This document shows, in pieces, positions 57,520-64,000 of a stretch of 64,000 bases of DNA. The first letter of the stretch is position 1, and the number at the start of each line of letters is the position of its first letter. A program made the translations under genes and the position numbers. The notes under the pieces are model-generated. The model saw nothing but the letters and a program-made list of their open reading frames with translations, was not told the DNA's origin and did no database searches. Origin of the DNA: Eledone cirrhosa (taxonomy: Eukaryota); the NCBI GenBank assembly GCA_964016885.1, contig OZ024741.1:212288001-212352000 (forward strand). Reading direction: 5' to 3'.

Positions 57520-58015
57520 AGGTTGCGAATGCAAACGGCCGAAATGAGGTTCCTTCGAGGAGTCTTTGCAGTAACGTTACTCGATAGAGTGCGTAGCTCG
57601 GAGATCAGTGAACGACTCCAGGTAAAGGCACTACTGCTGCGAATTGAGATACCACAACGCCGACTTTATGGGCATGCGGTTAGAATGTTTCAGGAAAGAA
57701 TCGCTGGACAGATTTTAAGGACAAAACCAACCGGCAGGAGAGCCAGAGGTAGACCCCGAGCAAGGTGGTTGGGTAAATTTATGAGCTTGGCTGGACTCGC
57801 TTGGGGATCCAGCCGGATCAGTTGGAAACGGTTTCTTTCTGACAAGACCAACTGGAAAGAGAACTTGAGGACCCTGCCCTCGCGACAATCTCAGGAATAA
57901 ATAGGTGAAGACGAAAAAGAAAAAGAAAAAAAGAAAAAGAAAAAGAAAAAGAAAAAGAAAAAGAAAAAGAAAAAGAAAAAGAAAAAGAAAAAGAAAAAGA
58001 AAAAGAAAAAAAAGA
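57520..58015 (+). mobile_element. RTE (Rex3/Expander-like) LINE 3' end with (GAAAAA)n tail
   Basis: MQTAEMRFLR..TLLDRVRSSEI.E.L..LLRIE..GHAVRM..PTGRRARGRPRARW. Confidence 0.85.
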
Positions 58016-59515
58016 AATTGAAAAACAAGGAATAATTTGTTTCGCCACTATATTTGTTACCAGTTTTCTATTTTATAGATGTTGCTTCACTAATGTTGAA
58101 TATGCTACGCAGTAGAAATAACATGGAAAGTGCCAGTCAAATTTGTAGGGTTCGTACTTATGCATGACACTAGTTCAACAGTCGGGAAAACTACAGTGGT
58201 TCAATCTACTTAAACTGAGAATGAAATGTCCCTGAAATCGTACATCTACAATACGATAAAAGATACAAGACCGTCACTTGATATAATGTATTCGTAGAAA
58301 CTCATAAATTGACAGGATATGCACTGTTCGATCTAAATTGACTTTCGACTAAACAAAAACATCACCAAATATTACTTCATTATAGATCAATATTTTGTAA
58401 TATCATTTACCTGGTTGTACAGGTATGTAATATTAAAATCTAATCAATAAATAATAGCTTTTCATTCCATAATACCGCAACAACAATACAGTTCAGAGGT
58501 TTGGAGGAAAACTGGCACATTCTGATATACGTATGTTTTCCCAAGTGCATTGCTGACGTAAATAAAGAGAATCTATATTAAATAATGAATCGATGCAAAT
58601 AGAGTACATATTTGTTTGATGTTTCTCGCATACACCTCAAACTAATATCTGATCGTGCCATCGAGGAAAAATACAAGTTCTTAGCTTGACCTACTAGAAA
58701 TACTAATAATAGGTCCTCCGTCGGTTTCGACGATGATAATCCAGTTGTTTGATCAACTGAATATTGTACTCGTTAAATTAACGTGTAACTAGTTTAATAT
58801 TCCTCGTACGCGTGTCTGGCTGTTGGATGGTTTCAGCCTAGTTCCCTGTTTCAATAATTCCGATTTGAAGGTATTTTCTTTACTCTCCACTCCCTTGGGG
58901 CCCATCAAAATGTTCACGAAACCGGCCCTTTTTTCCCCGAACAAACTTTTTCTAAAACATATACCAAACAACGAAGGTATGGTGTGATAAAATAAAGGGA
59001 ACATAACTCTTAATGGAACCATAGGAGCATCGTCATGACACACAGAGAGACTTGGACATTTTAAGTCTGGCGTAGCCCATCCCTCTTCCTATTAGAACAC
59101 ATCTGATTGATTCCTTAGAGAGAAAATATAAGGGAGAACCAGCTTCAGTGCTCAACTTGTCCAATATATATCGACATGGAAGAGATGAAAGTCAAAGTTG
59201 AGCTTGGAGGGATTTGAACTCCAATGAGTCGGAACAAATACGATAGTATATTTTAAAACTCCTATGCTCCAACGACTCTGCTAATTAAACGACTTGTATT
59301 TTAATTATAGTCACTAAAACATTATTTCAATTATTCCGTTAGTGAAAGTATAAAGCTTTTAGTATTTACAAAATTATTTCATAATAGTTTTAATTAACAT
59401 TTCTGCAAATCTACTGCCATTTATAATACCTAATATCATTTCAGTGACTGGGTCCATCTTGTTTAATATATGGTGACCATCACTGCATGTCGAAAGTAGT
59501 GTTTATATAAATATA

Positions 59516-60412
59516 TAGGAAAAGGTACGGGGCCCTCGACGGCAGAGCTCAAGCCGTTTCGACGGCTATTTCTATACTAAATTAGGTTTTTAGCGTGGTA
59601 ATAAATAGCCGAACATTTCAAGGGGTAATTCTATATATGGGCATGCGATAGTCATGCCTTTCTGAAGGTTGTAGTTATCAAAAGGATTGGTCAAAATTTC
59701 TTGAAAACAGTTAAATCTTTCATAGCGGTGGGTAGGGGGTTGGGGTGGCTGAACTTGCGCGTAGAACAATGAGGGAGTGGGTGAAGCCGGTCAAGCATTG
59801 AAAGTAAGTTCTATACAGCAAATTCTAAGGAGTGTGGATGAAATAGGCTAGCTAGAAATACTAATAATAGGTCCTCCGTCGGTTTCGACGATGATACTCC
59901 AGTTGTTTGATCAACTGAATATTGTACTCGTTAAATTAACGTGTAAAAAAAAAAAGACGAGTCTAACACAGCTGCTATATTTTTAGCTGGTGTTGCGTTA
60001 GTTGGTATTGCGTTTTCGGCCAATGCTATATAGAATTGACGGGGGTGGGGTACTGAGGCTACAGAATCCCGATGGGCTTATTCAGGGTAAAGCGAAAGAG
60101 GAAAAAGGAAAAGGAAGAGGAGAGGGAGTGGAAGGATGTGAGAAGAAGAGATAAAGGGAAAAAAGAAAAGAATTACATCTACCTATGTATACTGGGGTTT
60201 CCCCTATCTTGTTCGGCAAGTGGGGAAAAGAAGGATGTTACAGCCATTGTCTACCCACCCGGGTCACGAGGGGGTTTGAGGGCAAGGTAAGTCCTACGCA
60301 ATCGGTGTTTACATGCGCTTACAAGTTCGTCTTTTACCCATTCTACTACCCAAAGTATCGAGTACTCTGGTGCGTTATTGTCCACCTGGTTCCTTACCAC
60401 ACTTCCTTCGTT
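59516..60412 (+). mobile_element. Longer family F PLE copy: inverted pLTR arm (59516-59577), decayed body and tail (60328-60412), with nested repeat at 59850-59946
   Basis: Arm and tail match 24070-24256 and 47872-48032; the body has weak EN-like words (IAEHF, SIESK). Confidence 0.6.
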
Positions 60413-60429
60413 ATATATATATATATATA

Positions 60430-60782
60430 TATCCTTATGTATATCATGTTTAGAATAGGCACACTCTAAACCTCTCTGTGTCTGCTTGAGTATAGGAAGA
60501 CTATCCTTGTGTATATCTGGTTAAGAGTAAATAGACCATATCCTGTGTATGTGGCCTAGAATGGGTACACCATATCCATCTGCGTATCTGGTTTACAATA
60601 GGTAAAGAATAGGTAGACAGTATATCTATGTGCATCTGGTTTCGAACTGTTATAGGGCTGGCATCCCTGTGTACATCTGGTTTAGAATAGGTATACGGCA
60701 TCCCTGTGGGATGCCGTATACCTATTCTATCCCTGGGTATATCTGATTCAGAAGAGGTACACTCTATGTGCCTGGTTTAGGC
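60430..60782. repeat. Diverged minisatellite (about 35-40 bp) with an internal 22-bp inverted repeat
   Basis: atccctgtgtatatctggtttagaatagg-like units; tagaataggtatacggcatccc-tgt-gggatgccgtatacctattcta at 60683-60730. Confidence 0.7.
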
Positions 60783-61314
60783 ACTTGTTGTATAGTATAT
60801 ATGTAATTCTTAACAGTCAGTATATTCACTGGTAATTAATTCTCATAAGAAACAGAAGAATATTGTCTTGCTACATAATCCTGAAAATATTCTCAGATTA
60901 AAAATCAATATTTCTTAAGACGTCAGACGATAACACATTGCTAGATTTCGATAACAAATATCATTAGTTCATATTAAATTATGTTCCGATGGGGATACAA
61001 AACATTGATTCATAATATCTATTATTTTTTCAATATTTGATACACATTTCACAATAACTATGGTTGATTTTCAGGGGAAAAGGAAATTGAAAATTGAAAG
61101 TACAATTTATATTTTTTATTCATTAATGGCCTCAGTCATTATACTTTGGCCATTCTGGGGCACAGCCTTAACGGGATTGAGTCAATTATATGGACCACAG
61201 TAATTATTTTATTGATCACTTTTCTGCCGTACCACTAAAATATGGGACACAAGCAATCATTAAATAACACCGATAAGCCTGCCTCAATAAACAAGCACAA
61301 TGTATATATATATC

Positions 61315-61462
61315 AGTAGACTATCCTGAGTTCCTCTGCTCTTCGACGGGTTTTGTTTTTCATCGCGCAGGGTGTCTAAAATCCTTCTCCTCGCAAAGCA
61401 AGGTTGGAGGAATTGTCGATTTAGTCACCGACGACCCGAGCATGGACATGTTGTACTGACAA
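61315..61462 (-). mobile_element. Diverged homolog of the 5' domain of the RTE-derived element
   Basis: cagtacaacatgtccatgctcgggtcgtcggtgactaaa..gaaaaacaaaacccgtcgaagagcagagga aligns to 45410-45540 (-). Confidence 0.7.
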
Positions 61463-61837
61463 TATACACACATATATACTGCCTAACAAATTCCACTGAC
61501 AAGGTATTTCATTTCTAATATCCTTCTAAATTATTCATGGGTTGGTATTCAGATATATAACAAATTTAAACTAAAGAATTAATAAAAATTATTTAATTAA
61601 CGCATAAAAAAACAACTTCTCCCCAAATATAAGCATTTTATTAGGAAGCAACTGATCAGGAGTGAAAGGCTTTCAAGAATTATTTCTAGATTCAATATCA
61701 ATTTATTAATAGAAAATACGACTGTACGATTCAATAGCATTTCAGTAAACTTATCAGCGACATTCTTGCTTGAATTCAATATTTATTGAGATGAATCATA
61801 AATCAAGATGCACCGACCGACACACATGTTCACACAC

Positions 61838-61923
<86 letters not shown>

Positions 61924-61984
61924 ATAGATTTACCTATATATCCATTTATATACACATGTATACATACATACATATATATATATA

Positions 61985-62018
<34 letters not shown>

Positions 62019-62069
62019 GTGAGAGAGAGAGTAATAGATGTACCTATATATCCATTTATATACACATGT

Positions 62070-62187
<118 letters not shown>

Positions 62188-62284
62188 GGGAGAGATACTG
62201 GAGGGACAGAGAGGGAGGGGGAGAGAGATGGAAATAATGATTGATTTATCTATCTATACATACACATACATATAAACATAAATG

Positions 62285-62315
<31 letters not shown>

Positions 62316-62359
62316 GAATACATAAATGTATATACATATATATATATATGAATACATAA

Positions 62360-62448
<89 letters not shown>

Positions 62449-63119
62449 CATATACATATATACATACATTTACATATATACAACGATATATAAATATAAA
62501 TATATATACATATACGTGTATATCTGATCATTTGGTATTTGCAGGATTTTGAAAAGTGTATGTATGTGTTTTTCAAAATTTCTGCAACAAACCCAGTGAA
62601 TATTGTTTACGACTTTCTATCACGCTTGATGCAAATCATAACTATTTTAATGTATGACACATCCTTTCCATGCTCCTGGGGTTATCCGAAACAAAGAGAA
62701 AGCTAAAATAGTAAATTCACTTGATTTTATTACAGAAAATATAAAATTTATTTCAAGAAATTTTTAATATTTCAGTAAGGTGAGAGGATCAACTATTATG
62801 TCAGTTCGTTGTTATAGTAAGGTTCTCAGGTTTACGGAGAAAAAAATATATTTTAAATATATGTAGCTCTAAGATTTGTGATCCTAATCTAGTTGGCAAT
62901 TTTACGTAGGTTTATTTATTATTTACCGTAAAATATATATTTTATTTCATAATGTACGTACACTCATATATATATATATATAAACACACATATATAAGTA
63001 CATACACATACATACATGCATAAATATATATATCTACATACACATATATATATATTTATATATACATATATACATATACATATATACATATATATATATA
63101 TACATATATATATATACAC

Positions 63120-63162
<43 letters not shown>

Positions 63163-63227
63163 TATACACACACACATATATACATATATATATATACTTA
63201 TATATACACACATATATATATACACAC

Positions 63228-63258
<31 letters not shown>

Positions 63259-63287
63259 TATATATATATATACATATATATACACAC

Positions 63288-63354
<67 letters not shown>

Positions 63355-64000
63355 TATATACACATATATATACATATATATATACACTGTTCAAGAGTCA
63401 CCAATCTTAAAGAGAGAGATGGAGATAGGAGAGGAGATAGAAGAGGAGAGATTGGCATGTGCTCAATGTGCAATATGCAGTGGAAGGCAGCTATGTGGCT
63501 GGGTTCATGCAGAAGTTAGGCGCGCACAGCTTGAAATATACATTAGTTAAGCAAAATAATACCACAAATTTCACAAGGAAGACATTATTAAAAGATTGTC
63601 AACATATTTTAGTTTGATGTAAGGAATGTGGAGAATAATAAAAATAATATTAATAATAATGTCCGTTTACAATTGTTTCGTTACTCCATATAATATTTCT
63701 GGATCAAATGACTATATATCATTATTGATCTGGTTCAGTTGAAAATAATTAACATAATTAAAGATAGAGCGGCTCATCGGAACTCAAAGGAATATAAATT
63801 AATATAAGGAAAGAATGTTACATAATGTAGTGTTCCATATATTGGTATTTCACTATGGTGTCCTGGGTGTATCAATTGTCTGCCATAATCAAGCAGTATT
63901 CTTTTGTCGAGGCTGCATTGTGTGAGATCTGCCTATGGGTAACAAGATGGCCGCCAATGGACATATTTACCTTACTAATTAGAGGGTGGTTTCAGGGGAG

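Overview
AT-rich, microsatellite-saturated eukaryotic DNA with no recognisable intact host gene, so probably intergenic or intronic. The dominant tRNA-derived SINE with a Meta/MESC-type core resembles repeats I recognise from Octopus genomes (inference). Almost everything interpretable is transposon-derived: GIY-YIG Penelope-like element (PLE) remnants with hammerhead-ribozyme (HHR) pseudo-LTRs, many with head-to-head inverted 5' arms and inserted in (TA)n; RTE, CRE-like, Vingi-like and CR1-like LINE fragments; a three-copy non-autonomous RTE derivative; a decayed mariner; MITEs; and Helitron ends. The most striking observation is two otherwise unrelated ORF-less elements (about 18.18-18.89 kb; about 20.71-21.34 kb and 49.28-49.87 kb). 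Each carries all HHR core motifs in a non-circularly permuted order (NUH strand, then GAAA strand, then CUGANGA strand), with matching linker lengths and a shared AGCG. This suggests a pseudoknotted hammerhead in retrozyme-like elements. All pairings were read by eye and nothing was computed.
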